Source: Alphaproteobacteria bacterium
GTDB lineage: Bacteria; Pseudomonadota; Alphaproteobacteria; UBA8317
Assembly (NCBI GenBank): GCA_038131935.1
Contig: JAYPQH010000042.1
Coordinates: 1 to 11,183, forward strand
DNA: 11,183 bases
Direction: 5' to 3'
Made by a program: the position numbers and the translations under genes. Positions 1-9,998 of this stretch are shown here, piece after piece. The notes beneath the pieces were generated by a model. That model did not search any database. It was not told the origin of the DNA and saw only the letters and a program-made list of their open reading frames with translations. How positions within the stretch are numbered: the first letter of the stretch is position 1; every line of letters begins with the position of its first letter.

Positions 1-1332
1 CACCTGCACGGCGCAACACAGATGCAATACGTGCATGTGCATATTGTACATAAAAAACAGGATTTTCTTTAGATTTTTCTATGACTTTTGCGAAGTCAAA
101 GTCCAAGGGTGCGTCCGCTTTTCGCATGAGCATCATAAAACGAACAGCATCACAGCCTACTTCATCAACGACTTCCCTCAGGGTCACGAAACTGCCACTT
201 CTTTTCGACATTTTGATGGGTTCACCATTTTGAAAAAGGCGCACAAGCTGGCAAAGCACAACTTGAAGTGAGACAGCATTATCTGTGATTGCTTTTGTTG
301 CAGCCGACATCCTTTTTACATAACCACCATGATCTGCACCCCAGATGTTGACCAATATGTCAGCACCCTCTGCTTTTTGTTGATGGTAGGCAATATCAGA
401 TGCAAAATACGTCCAAGTGCCGTCACTTTTTTGAACGGGACGGTCTACATCATCACCAAATTTTGTTGATTTGAATAAATATTGTTCTCTTGGTTCCCAA
501 TCATCATTTTCATTTCCTTTGGGAGGTTCAAAAATACCGTGTATCAGTAAGTGTGATTTATCAGAGCTCGTTCAACCGCACCATCAGAAACCAAGTCTTT
601 TCATTAAAACATCGTAACGTCCGTAATGCACTCAAATCCTCGATGAGTCCATCATTTTATCAACCAAACTTTCAGAAAGCCAAGCCCTATATCTTCGGTT
701 TATCAACAAAGCGTGAGCCATAATGCTGCCAGTTGCGCTTAGCCTAAAGATACCTTCCGGATGCAACCCTTGTGGGATCTCTCCGATGTCCTTTCCCAAC
801 GCTTCACAGTATCGTAAATATTTGACCGTGCGAGGACATCCTGCTGCACACCAGCGTCATTGACATAATATTCTCTCGTAACCCAGTAACCAACTTTGCA
901 AAGAATATTGCAGGCAATCACCACAACAGCACCGACAATGGCCAACATGCATAGGCCCTGTGGGTTTGGAAACAAATTCAATATTTATAGTGGGGGTGTT
1001 CAACCAATGCAACCCCCAGTCATCATGCTGCACCAACAGATTTTTGGCATCCCACACGTCTGGATAAAGACTCAAATTTATGAAGCCAGGCCCGGTGAAA
1101 CATCAGAAATGCGACTATCTGCTTTCAGAAATGTTTGAATATTTCAGCAGTTCTTTGGGACGCATACCCATCTTTTTGCAAGAACCATGGCAGCATTTGT
1201 AGCCATTTCACCATGTGAGGGATCGCGAGGTGGTTCGACCACGATATTGGCTAATGAAGGATCATCCAATCCTGGTTCTAATGTCTTTACATAATCTTTA
1301 AGTGTCTGAGATATTTGTTCAAAAAGATTCAT
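1..1332 (-). CDS. argS: Arginine--tRNA ligase; 3' end runs off the window; several indels, probably sequencing errors
   Basis: Stitched minus-strand frames give [29 protein letters not shown](AN)[11 protein letters not shown] (HIGH motif), [51 protein letters not shown] and [16 protein letters not shown]. The start ATG at 1332 overlaps the dgt stop (ATGA). Confidence 0.96.
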
Positions 1333-2501
1333 AATTGTCCCTCAGTTAGATCAAATAACCTGCGATGCTCTATCATAGCAAACCTATCTGTCATACCTGC
1401 AATAAAATCTCCTACAATCAATGCCCTCTCCTGGTGGTCCGCGGCCTCCGCTATGCCGCGCCAATCATCTGGCAATATTTGAGGTTCAGAAATATAGATA
1501 TGACATAAGTCACGAATGATGCGCTTTGCTTTCGAGGTAGAACGATTGACGCGCCAATGACGATAAACATTTTCAAACATGAATTTCTTTAACTGCGTTT
1601 GAGCGGCCAACATAGATGGTGAGAATGCCACAATGGCATGTGGGGCAGAACGAACCTCCTCAACACAGCCTATGCCTAGCTTAGCAATATTTTCCCTTGT
1701 CACATTCACGACATCATCAACCATCATACCAATCAAGCGGCGCACACTCTCAAAAATTACACGTTCACGCTCACGTCCAGGATATTGATCATGTATGGCT
1801 GCAATGGTGTCCCCAAAAATAGGTAGATGTCGAACATCCATGATATGAAGAAGTCCTGCACGCAAAGCATCATCTATATCATGGTTGTCATAAGCTATAT
1901 CATCGGCCAATGCAGCAACTTGAGCCTCAAGAGATGACTGTCTCGCAACATCTAAATCCCACTGTGACATAATTTTTTTTATGTAATCATTGTTCAAAAA
2001 AGATGGCTTTGGAGGGCCATTATGTTTCACGATTCCTTCAAGACACTCCCAGCTCAAATTAAGCCCATCAAAATCCATGTAGCGACGTTCTAAACTGGTT
2101 AAAATTTTTACAGTCTGGACATTATGATCAAACCCACCAAATGGCTTTAAGCATTCATTCAACACCGCTTCACCAGCATGACCGAAAGGTGGATGACCAA
2201 GATCATGAGCAAGCGCCAACGCCTCAGCCAAATCCTCATCCAATCCCAGTCGCCTTGCAATGGTTCTAGAAATTTGCGCAACCTCCAAGGTATGGGTCAG
2301 CCTTGTTCGGTAGTGATCACCTTCGTGATACACAAAAACCTGCGTTTTAAATTTGAGACGCCTGAATGCAGCAGAGTGAACAATGCGGTCTCGGTCGCGC
2401 ATGTAAGCCGTCCGTTCGACTGATTCTGGTTCTTCGAAAAACCGACCCTTGCTGTTTTCCCAATGACATGCATAAGGAGCTAATTGTCGTGGAAACATCA
2501 T
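1329..2501 (-). CDS. dgt: Deoxyguanosinetriphosphate triphosphohydrolase (dGTPase-like, HD domain)
   Basis: Intact ORF with [59 protein letters not shown] and [11 protein letters not shown]. Start taken at ATG 2501; alternatives are ATG 2498 or TTG 2516. dgt-argS adjacency is typical of Alphaproteobacteria. Confidence 0.95.
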   Translation of the reverse strand: MMFPRQLAPYACHWENSKGRFFEEPESVERTAYMRDRDRIVHSAAFRRLKFKTQVFVYHEGDHYRTRLTHTLEVAQISRTIARRLGLDEDLAEALALAHDLGHPPFGHAGEAVLNECLKPFGGFDHNVQTVKILTSLERRYMDFDGLNLSWECLEGIVKHNGPPKPSFLNNDYIKKIMSQWDLDVARQSSLEAQVAALADDIAYDNHDIDDALRAGLLHIMDVRHLPIFGDTIAAIHDQYPGRERERVIFESVRRLIGMMVDDVVNVTRENIAKLGIGCVEEVRSAPHAIVAFSPSMLAAQTQLKKFMFENVYRHWRVNRSTSKAKRIIRDLCHIYISEPQILPDDWRGIAEAADHQERALIVGDFIAGMTDRFAMIEHRRLFDLTEGQL

Positions 2502-2529
2502 AATATGCTTATCCAATTGATCATGGCTT

Positions 2530-2557
2530 CTTGAAACAAGTGACTTCTTTCATAGAT
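2530..2557 (+). promoter_or_regulatory. Candidate promoter for erpA-xth (RpoH-like)
   Basis: CTTGAA (2530-2535), 15-nt spacer, CATAGAT (2551-2557) resembles the alphaproteobacterial RpoH consensus CTTGAA-N15/16-CCTATAT. Motif match only. Confidence 0.3.
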
Positions 2558-2600
2558 GATGATAGATGACTATAGTATCGTGGCGAAAGAGGGTTAAAAA

Positions 2601-2939
2601 ATGACCAACACCAATCCATCCTTTCATGTTACCGAAAAAGCAGCCGCGCGTATCAAGCAATTGCTTAAGACAGAGGGCACATCATCGATGCTTAGATTAG
2701 CAGTACGAGGTGGTGGTTGCTCGGGGTTTTCTTATGAATTTAGCTTTGATGACCAGCTGACAGGAGATGACCGGGTGTTTCGCGCGTTCGAAACAGAAGT
2801 GGTTATCGATGACATGTCACTAGAGTTTGTTGCAGACAGCACATTAGATTTTGTCGATGATTTAAGCGGCCAATATTTTAAGGTTGAAAATCCACATGCT
2901 ACGGCATCGTGTGGTTGTGGCACATCGTTTTCTGTATGA
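2601..2939 (+). CDS. erpA: A-type iron-sulfur cluster carrier (ErpA/IscA/HesB family)
   Basis: 112 aa with LRLAVRGGGCSGFSY and ENPHATASCGCGTSF (three conserved Cys). Purine-rich RBS GAAAGAGGG just upstream. Divergent from dgt and followed by xth. Confidence 0.93.
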   Translation: MTNTNPSFHVTEKAAARIKQLLKTEGTSSMLRLAVRGGGCSGFSYEFSFDDQLTGDDRVFRAFETEVVIDDMSLEFVADSTLDFVDDLSGQYFKVENPHATASCGCGTSFSV

Positions 2940-3735
2940 ATATTCAAATTACCACGTGGAACGTGAATTCAGTAAGAGCTCGTTCAGGACAAATTAGCCA
3001 ATGGCTCTCCCATCACCGCCCGGATATTTTATGTTTGCAAGAACTAAAATGCCAAGATGAACAGTTTCCTTTCGAACTGTTTGACGAGGCTGGCTACAAC
3101 GTTATCCTTCGAGGTCAGAAATCTTACAATGGTGTAGCTATTGCCAGCAGGTATCCTGTGGAATGCATTTCCAACGCTCTTTACCCAGAGATAGATGATG
3201 AGCAAGCTAGGTTTCTTGATGTATTGGTTAGCATTGATCAAAAGACAGTTCGAGTCGTTAATATCTATGCCCCAAACGGTACCCATACCCCGGTGAGAAA
3301 TTTCTATACAAATGCCAATGGTACAAAAAATTGCTGCTGCATGCTCAAAGCGTTATTGGCGAAGAAGGACTCTCTGTCCTGTTGGGAGATTTCAACATCA
3401 TACCTTACGAATTGGATGTTCATAACCCAAATGATTGGAGAGAAGATGCGCTTTTTGTGCCTGAAGCACGATCATTCTACCACGAGCTCTTAGGCCAAGG
3501 CTGGACGGACCTTCTTGGCATCATGCATCCTGAAGGCGGTAAATATACGTTTTGGGATTACCAAGCTGGCGCTTATCAGAAAAACAATGGCATTCGCATT
3601 GATCACATCATGGTCAGCCCTGCCATGGCAGACTGCACCTCAAACGCTACGGTTGATAGAGATGCAAGGGGTATGGAAAAGCCATCTGATCACGCCCCTG
3701 TCAGTGCATGGTTCTCCCTACCAAACCTGTCTTGA
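2936..3735 (+). CDS. xth: Exodeoxyribonuclease III; one frameshift near 3281, probably an error
   Basis: MNIQITTWNVNSVRAR, DILCLQELK, GQKSYNGVAI, NIYAPNG; then in the next frame GEKFLYKCQW, LGDFNIIP, YTFWDY, GIRIDHIM, PSDHAPV. Adding one A near 3281 restores APNGNPYPGEKF. ATG 2936 overlaps the erpA stop (ATGA). Confidence 0.95.
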
Positions 3736-3798
3736 TCCCTAAGCCGTAATAGGAAACAACTACCTACATCAATCAATATCTTTCGATCGGAGCCAAAT

Positions 3799-5646
3799 AT
3801 GCCAAGCAGAAAACCCGTACTCATTGATCGCAACCCCGGACGTAATGCACAAACTTATGGCATTGCACGTCAACTCGGAACAGATCTTGACCTTATTCAC
3901 CAACCTTCTGTAGGTGTTGTGGGCAACAAAGGAGACTCACAATGCTATATGGGGGTTCAAGGAAAAGTTCAAGCCATTCATCAAGAATTGAACAAGCGTA
4001 TTGGGTTGGATAGAGGCAAACTTCAATATCGCTTGGTGCAGCCAGAATTTACCATTGCGACATCGGATGGAATGCGAAATGGCACGCGGGAAATGCGATA
4101 TTCACTGATTGGTCGCGAAGTTACAAACGATGCATTATGTGAGCATCTCAGCGCTACCGGATTACAGGGAACCATTGCAGTTGTGGCTTGTGACAAACCA
4201 CCGGTAGGTACACTTGCAGCATTGGTTGAGCATGATCGACCAGCAATAATCATGTCCGATGGCCCGATAAGACCTGGACATGATTCAGACACAGGTGAAG
4301 CCATTGACATTGTCACGGCATTTCAAATTGCTGCACACCCGGACGAGGAATACAAAAAACGTATTGCTTGTGAAGCATGCCCAGGCTTTGGAAGCTGTGG
4401 GGGCATGTTCACGTACAATACCATGCAAACATTCATTGGCGTGGTTGGAATGCAACCTTTACATATGGTAGCCCCACCATCTGATGACCCAAGGCGTTTG
4501 CAGCAATTCCCTCAAGAATTGGTCACCTATTTGGCTGCGTTGATCGACAACAATATTACACCACGACAAATTGTAACCTCACAATCAATACGTAACGCTA
4601 TGATTGTTTCGATGGCTATCGGTGGCTCAACAAATGTTGTACTGCATACGCCAGAATAAGCTAGAGCAGGTTATCAAGACTTCAATAAGGATGTTATGTC
4701 TGCCGATGAATTCAATTATCTAAGCAAAGATGTTGTTCCTGTTTTGTTGGATGCACGTCCCTTCGGGCGCTATTCAATGGTGGATATTGATGAACAAGGT
4801 GGGGTTCAGGTTATTGTTCGTGAGTTGCTGGATGCAGGACTTTTGAATGGCGACACGCTAACCTGTACTGGTGAAACTTTGGCAGAACAAGTTCAAAGAC
4901 TTGACCCCCCACTTCCTGATGGTCGGGTTATTTATCCTGTCGCCAATCCTTACAAGCCAACAGGTGGTCTGAGACTGCTAGGTGGAAATCTATCACCAGA
5001 CAATTCTGCCGTATTAAAATTGGCCGGCGTTGAAGGGGGTCTAGAGAACAATATCTTCCGCGGCCGTGCGCGGGTGTTCAACTCAGAGCCTGAATTGCTT
5101 GATCATTTGGAGCATAAACCTGATGATTTGGCCAATAATGACATGATCATTGTTCGTTATGAAGGCCCAAGTGGAGCTCCTGGCATGCCGGAGATGCTTG
5201 ATTGCACCTCACGTATCACCACCATTTGTCGCGAACGTGGTATCGTTGTGGCTTTGATGACCGATGCACGTTTTTCAGGAGGGTCTGTGGGTCTGGTTAT
5301 TGGCCATGTAGGGCCTGAAGCAGCTGTAGGCGGTCCTATTGCGCTGATCGAAGAAGGCGATGAAATTGTCGCTGATTTGGATAAAAATGAGCTTAATTGC
5401 ACAGCCCTATTTGACCAAAATATTCGTGCAGAGCGGCAGAAGAAATGGGATGAGGAAGTTGCGCAAAATGGCGGCACCCATCCAGCGGTAGGTGTTGCAG
5501 ACACACGTTTGCTATACAGGATGAGACATCTTGCAGTCCCCGCCTCGCAAGGTGCGGGGATGCACCCATCACGACAACTGTTCGTTGTCAATCCTCGCGA
5601 CGCTGAAAAAACAAGTTTTTCACCACGAAATAGACATCGCTCTTAA
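3799..5646 (+). CDS. ilvD: IlvD/Edd-family dehydratase (dihydroxy-acid dehydratase-like, divergent), ~615 aa, with one in-frame TAA at 4657-4659
   Basis: Motifs SDG..GTREMRYSL, ACDK, ACPGFGSCGGMFTYNTM, AIGGSTNVVLH, GGLRLLGGNL, VRYEGPSGAPGMPEML, TDARFSGGS, IGHVGPEAAVGGPIALI. ORFs 3799-4659 and 4696-5646 are in the same frame, joined by 12 sense codons. RBS GGAG just upstream of the start. Family is secure; substrate is not. Confidence 0.85.
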
Positions 5647-5680
5647 GAAACAATCGGTCCGCCATTATTGGCGGGCCGAT
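5645..5680 (-). terminator. Hairpin between convergent ilvD and valS; likely valS intrinsic terminator
   Basis: ATCGGTCCGCCA (5653-5664), loop TTAT, TGGCGGGCCGAT (5669-5680): 12-bp stem with one G-T pair on + (a C-A mismatch on -). The minus strand continues TGTTTCTT. Confidence 0.6.
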
Positions 5681-8339
5681 AAATCTTCCATGCGTTGGCG
5701 GGCATCCATCAATTCGTTATTGCGCTGGGTTAAGTCGATGAGGCGCTGTCGCTCTGCGCTTACAACATCTTGTGGCGCTTTTTCGACAAATGAAGCATTT
5801 GCAAGCTTCTTCTTTAGGGAATTAATTTTCCCCTCAATATCATTGATTTCCTTTGATAATTTCATGACTTCTTCAGAAAAATCGAGGAAATCCTCCACGC
5901 GAAGATAGATGGTCATACCATCGCCAACAAGGGCTAAAGCGCGTGTATCCAGCTGTTCTTTTGCACTTTGTATATCAATCCGGGCGAGGCGTGATAGAAC
6001 GGGCCATAATCCTGAATAATCAAGAGATTTATCTTGAACTTCAATGGTCGCTGGAATTTGGGCACTTGGCTTAATACCTAGTTCAACACGTGTTGAACGA
6101 ACCAATTCAATCGCTGCGATAACACGCTCTACTTGTGTTTTAGAGCCTTCAAAACCATATAAGCCCAGTTCTGGCCAACTTGAATTTGCAAGCCAATTTT
6201 TGTCAGGGTGGGAGAATATACTGCTCTGTTGAAAAATTTCTTCTGTGATGAATGGAATGAAAGGATGGGCGCAATGCAATGTCTGATTGATCACCATGCC
6301 TAAAACCGATCTAATTTCTGCTTTGCTGGCTTCGCAGGATCCTTGCAGAAATGGTTTTACCATTTCCACATACCAATCACACAATTGATTCCACGCAAAC
6401 CTGTAAAGAGCTTGGGCGGCATCATTGAAGCGATAGTCATCAAGCGATTTATCTATATCAGCAATCATCACATCAAGAGACGCCAATATCCATTGATTAA
6501 CCTCTAATTTGACCGATTTCACATCAAAATCTGGCGTATAAGTGGCTTCATTCATTTCAGCAAAGCGTACAGCGTTCCATATTTTTGTGGTGAAATTCCG
6601 GTACCCTTCCACCCTTGTTTTGGCAAGCTTAACGTCGCGACCCTGCGCTGCCATTGCTGCGAGCGTGAAGCGTAGAGCATCAGCACCAAATTCATCAATC
6701 AATTCTAGTGGATCAATAACATTACCCTTCGATTTTGACATTTTCTGGCCATGCTCATCACGGACGAGCGCATGAATATACACATCACGAAAAGGAACAA
6801 GCGTTTTTGGTTCTCGTCTTTTAGAAAATACAAACCAAACATCATCATTCTCGCCACCCAGAAAAATGATGTCAAACCCTGTTACGAGAAGTGCTGTGGA
6901 TAATGGCTCCAGCATATCCGTCTTTTCTGGCCATCCCAATGTAGAAAACGGCCATAAAGCGCTTGAAAACCAAGTATCAAGGACGTCTTCGTCTCTAATT
7001 AAAGAAACTTCTTTGTGATAAAAAGCTGAGGCCATTTGGTGTGCCTCATTTTCATTTTTCGCAACAAAGACTTCACCATCAGGACCGTACCATGCAGGAA
7101 TTTGATGTCCCCACCATAGCTGACGAGAAATACACCAAGGCTCTATATTGTTAAGCCAATCATTGTAGGTTTTCGTCCAATTCGTTGGGATAAATTTTGT
7201 CTCTCCATCAGCGACAACTTTTAAAGCATGTTCTGCCAATGTTGGCGCGTCACAGTACCATTGGTCTGTCAACAATGGCTCAATAATGGTGCCTGATCTA
7301 TCTCCATGGGGTACAACATGCACATGATCTTCGATTTTCTCTAACAAATCATGCGCCTTGAACCAATCAACAACTTTCTTCCTGGCTTCAAAACGTTCGA
7401 GTCCCCGCCAGTCACTTGGTGTGTTTTCATTCAGAAAGCCTTGCTCATCGAGTATTGAGAGCATCTCTAAATGATGCCTTTTCCGACTTCAAAATCATTA
7501 AAATCATGAGCAGGTGTAATTTTGACAGCACCAGATCCTGTCTCTGGATCAGCATGCTCATCAGCAAGGATTGGAATTAACCTATTGGTAATAGGCAACC
7601 GCACAAATTTACCAATAATATCTTGGTAACGGGAATCTGTGGGATGCACGGCAACAGCCATGTCGCCCAGCATTGTTTCTGGACGCGTTGTTGCCACCAC
7701 AATGAAGCGCCCCTGCTCACCCTCCACGGGATAACGAAGGTGCCAAAGATGTCCATTTTTCTCAACTTGCTGAACTTCTAGGTCTGATATGGCTGTTTGT
7801 AACTTTGTATCCCAATTTACAAGACGTTTATCCTTATAAATCAGACCATCCCTATACAATGCTACAAACACCTCGAGCACGGCTTCAGAGAGACCGGCAT
7901 CCATGGTGAATCTTTCGCGTGACCAATCACATGAAGCGCCTAATCTCCTCAATTGTGTTGTGATTGTTCCACCACTCTCTTCTTTCCATTCCCATACCCG
8001 CTCAATAAATTTTTCACGTCCTAGGGTTCTTCGATCAGGTTGTCCCTCTGCTTCAAGTTTTCTTTCCACGAGCATTTGGGTAGCAATACCAGCATGATCA
8101 GTACCTGGTTGCCACAACACATTAAAACCACGCATGCGTTTGTACCGCACCATGATATCTTGCAATGTATTGTTTAAAGCATGACCCATATGCAGTGAAC
8201 CGGTAACATTCGGTGGCGGTATCACAATGGAATAAGATGGCACATCGGGCTTACTGCCAGCTGTAAAAACCCCGTCTTTTTCCCAATCCGCATAAATACG
8301 CGTCTCTGCATCGTGAGGTACAAAAGATTTTGATAGCAT
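5665..8339 (-). CDS. valS: Valine--tRNA ligase; frameshift at T4 run 7479-7482 and compensating indels around 6800-6910
   Basis: [16 protein letters not shown] (HIGH), [78 protein letters not shown], and C-terminal coiled coil [13 protein letters not shown]. One extra A restores [14 protein letters not shown]. Confidence 0.97.
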
Positions 8340-8363
8340 GAAAAAGTCCAATCAGTTCAAAAA

Positions 8364-8615
8364 TTACCTGTGGTTTTTGACTTTTTGACCAGCTTTTGCA
8401 AGGCCTGCGCGTATTTTATCCTCATAAATACCGCGGCCTACACCAGAACCTATCCCTAGATTATCATCAAAGGACGCAGATTGCTTCACATGTGCAGTCG
8501 ATGGTTTCCATAAACCCGATTGTGACAGTCCAGGTTCAAGATATTTGGCCAAACGACGCGCCCTATCATTTATTCGTATGACGACGTCATGTTTAAAATT
8601 CATAGCCATCGTCAT
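8364..8615 (-). CDS. Hypothetical 83-aa basic protein between tolC and valS
   Basis: The ORF fills the gap: it starts 1 nt after the inferred tolC stop (8617-8619) and ends 24 nt before the valS ATG, on the same strand. No family recognised. Confidence 0.55.
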   Translation of the reverse strand: MTMAMNFKHDVVIRINDRARRLAKYLEPGLSQSGLWKPSTAHVKQSASFDDNLGIGSGVGRGIYEDKIRAGLAKAGQKVKNHR

Positions 8616-8616
8616 A

Positions 8617-9971
8617 TCACCATAATGTTGGCATCTTCACATCTTCATACCAGGCAGGTTCCGTGACAGGGGGCAACCAAAGCAGATTGATCAAGTTTTA
8701 AGCCCAACATTTGAGGTGTGAATATCCCAATGGTTTCAGCAAGTGTTACTTGAGATTTGTACCAACCTACCTGATTGAATAAGTTGTACAGACGCTTCAA
8801 GGAAGTCTTGTTCTGCGTCCAGAACATCAACGAGGGTTCGTTCACCAACATTGTATTCTTCACGTGTTCCTTGCAATGCAAGTTTTGCCGCCTGGACTGC
8901 AATTTTACCCGAGGACATGGTTGAGAGCTTTGATGTTAACTCAGACCATGATTTTGTTACCTTCTCCCGCACCAATGTGCGCTCATTGAGCACCATCGCT
9001 CGTTTTTGCGCATAAACACTCTCGGTTTCACGCACCTTACTTCTTAGCAAACCTGCGTTGTATAAAGGCACAGATAACTCAGCGATCACCCCTAAAGATG
9101 TAGATTGCGTATCATTTGGATATTCAGAATCAGACGTCTTAACTGAGCTTTTTAACTTGACCTGAGGTTGAAATTCAGCCTTTGCACCTTCAATTTTCTT
9201 TTCTGCCAAATCAACTGCAATTGTTGCGAGGCGTATTGAAAACGCATTTTCCTCAGCAAGTTGATAGGCTTCTTCTAGTGTGGCAGGTAAAAAGTTAAAT
9301 TTTCCTGGAAATGAAGCCTCTCGAGGCATTTCAGACGATATTCTTAAGTAGGATGCTTCTGCTGCGCTCAAATCTGATTCTGCTGCAGCAAGTTCTGCCT
9401 CAGCCACCCGAGCTAGACGACTCCGGGCCAATGCAACGTCAGTACGTGTCAGCTCGCCCACCTCAAATCTATCCTGTGTGGCACGCAGCTGTGATCGAAG
9501 GACATCTACATTGTTTTTTGTAACACGTAATTTTTGCCTAGCACCAATAAGATCAAAATACGCAAGAGCAGCATCAGCCAAAAAAGATTGAACTTTTGAA
9601 TCATAAGTAAGAAGCGCGCTTCGCGATGCTATTTCTGCGCTATCAATAGCCGCTCCAAAACGACCAAATGTGTAAAGCGGTTGGGATCCAGCAATCTCTG
9701 CAACTGCGGAATGACCAGTTTTCGTTGACGATACTCCAGCAACATCATTTCTTCCCGAAATAATACCAAAATCAACAGTCGCCGTAGCTGATGGCCGAAT
9801 AAGCGCATATGCCCGTGCTTGTGCCTCATTTGTTTCCTGCACAACAAACGTTTGCGTATCAAATTCATTGCTTCCATGAAAACTACGCGTCAGCATCTCT
9901 CTGAGCGTTTCAGCATGTATTGGGCTTAAAAGAACAGTAAATACGACCAGAATAATGGTGAGAATAAACAT
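8617..9971 (-). CDS. tolC: TolC-family outer membrane channel; two apparent indels near the 3' end (~8772 and G5 run 8669-8673)
   Basis: Signal peptide MFILTIILVVFTVLLSPIHA/ETL, SQPLYTFG, RFEVGELTRTDVALARSRLA, LSVPLYNAG, EEYNVGERTLVDVLDAEQ. The tail continues in shifted frames as QVGWYKSQVTLAETIGIFTPQMLGL...APVTEPAWYEDVKMPTLW*. The end coordinate is inferred. Confidence 0.9.
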
Positions 9972-9998
9972 GATTTGATACCGCTCTTTGGGTGAAGA

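Noticed and set aside
35-1138. Plus-strand ORFs 35-271, 490-723 and 896-1138
   Set aside because: Antisense shadows of argS with no recognisable motifs.
1329-2501. dGTPase as an anti-phage defence system
   Set aside because: It is the ~390-aa housekeeping type coupled to argS in conserved core synteny, with no defence-island context.
2909-2935. Upstream extension of xth given in the ORF track
   Set aside because: It overlaps the conserved erpA CGCGTSF end; ATG 2936 matches the family N-terminus.
4657-4659. Alternative genetic code or stop reassignment
   Set aside because: Only one in-frame stop; TAA and TGA end other genes normally and Trp is encoded by TGG.
2178-8097. Short antisense or alternate-frame ORFs within dgt, erpA, xth, ilvD and valS (e.g. 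2178-2423, 4023-4316, 5157-5591, 5531-5908, 6542-6775)
   Set aside because: They overlap well-supported genes and have no independent evidence.
8396-8581. 61-aa plus-strand ORF
   Set aside because: Antisense to the pcm-tolC-X-valS operon; the minus-strand ORF fits the gap better.
8645-8902. 85-aa minus-strand ORF as a separate gene
   Set aside because: Its second half is the frameshifted TolC tail.
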